A stretch of 64,000 nucleotides of DNA from Lama glama (taxonomy: Eukaryota), in assembly GCA_028534125.1 (NCBI GenBank), contig CM052818.1, forward strand, positions 7,070,001 through 7,134,000, read 5' to 3'. The notes beneath the pieces were generated by a model. That model saw only the letters and a program-made list of their open reading frames with translations. It did not search any database and was not told where the DNA came from. The position numbers were made by a program, and so were the translations under genes. The first letter of the stretch is position 1, and the number at the start of each line of letters is the position of its first letter. Below are positions 62,941-64,000 of this stretch, piece by piece.

Positions 62941-64000
62941 ATGCCTGCAGTTTAGGTACTGCTGGGGGTGAAAAGGTTGATTTACCAAAGATAGGCTGTG
63001 ATGTGCTGACTTGGATTATTCTTGTGTTCAAGGATCTGTGAGAAGCTCTCTACATTTTCAGGTCTAGGGAAGAGCAGCAGCAGCCCGAAGTGCCTGGTTA
63101 CTGCAGCATGGTCCAGTGCCGGAGGCTTTGAATGAATTCTCTGTGGAGTTAGCCCCATCTGGCCCAGCAGCATTCGAACTCTGGGCCACACTTTAATTTG
63201 ATTAACACTTTCACTTATTGATGGTCTTGTTGTTTTGGCACTTTGCAATTGAATGATTTATACAAAAGCTTCATCCTTTATTTGTTGTCTAACTACAGAA
63301 TTGAGCACTGAATAATTTTATGACAGACCACATTTGGCATGCCTAGTTATTCAGGGAATTTTCAAAGAACTGTAGTGGGACTTTTTAGTCACACATCCTC
63401 TCTGTTCTTAGTCATCCATTCCTTTTATGGTAGTCATTAGCAAATATCTCTCAACCACTTCTATAATGGTTAACAGTCAGTGTAAGCTCTCTGTAGTGTT
63501 GGCTGTTTTGAGCTCTGTGTACTTAATTGTGAGATAGTCAGCATGTATTTGTGAAAACGTAAACTAAATGTTGGTATAGTCTCCACATGGTTTCTTTTTA
63601 CAGAACTACAGTTGTTAGTATACATGTTAAACTATTTCAAAATCATGATTTAAAAGACTTTTCTCAGATACACTTTTTTGAGTATTATCTTTTCTCTCCT
63701 TCAGTTAGTTGTACCACTTATCTAAGTGTGATTAATTACTTTTAGAATTAAGGCAAAAGAGAACTGAAAATCAGGGTAATGAGAAGTTTTGCTTTAATGA
63801 AGAGGAAAACAGACATTCTAATGTCCTGGGCTATCAGGAGCACCTTTTCCATTTAACTGCTTGACCCTACTGACCTGGTCAAATTCCAGTGTTGCACAAT
63901 TGCATTCTACCTTCCCTAATACCTAGTAAATCCAGTTGTTTGGCTGCCACCTATTTCTTTAACTTTAAAAACTGTTCGTAGGCCATGCTCTTGCTGCAAG

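Noticed and set aside
1..64000. CRISPR arrays, operons or other prokaryotic/viral systems; naming the two host genes
   Set aside because: The sequence is mammalian, repeat-rich and intronic with no repeat-spacer arrays; no coding exon is present to justify a gene symbol. BLASTN of 20000-20739 and 24985-25117 against RefSeq RNA would be decisive

Overview
Eutherian genomic DNA, very probably camelid (Tylopoda): six copies of a tRNA-Ala-headed SINE match the camelid vic-1 type, and I saw no Alu, BovA or PRE-1. No recognisable intact protein-coding exon is present. The window has two CpG-island promoters. The first (~2.15-2.8 kb) appears to fire leftwards (minus-strand TATA box, candidate exons). 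The second (~19.1-20.9 kb) is a CCAAT-rich, probably bidirectional promoter. It drives a plus-strand gene with a long non-coding first exon (donor at 20739/20740), a likely 133-nt second exon (24985-25117) and a long intron that runs off the window. I could not identify either gene. The remainder is interspersed repeats (near full-length Tigger1, Tigger2- and Tigger5-type MITEs, Charlie1, MER45, MER5A, MLT1 LTRs, MIR, L1, L2, vic-1), several nested with visible target-site duplications, plus a few enhancer-like motif clusters. The most intriguing, but speculative, signal is a chain of phase-compatible minus-strand exon candidates between the two islands (divergent lncRNA or decayed gene). Repeat family calls are from recalled consensus sequences, and boundaries of old repeats are approximate. 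I found no convincing evidence of a novel biological system.
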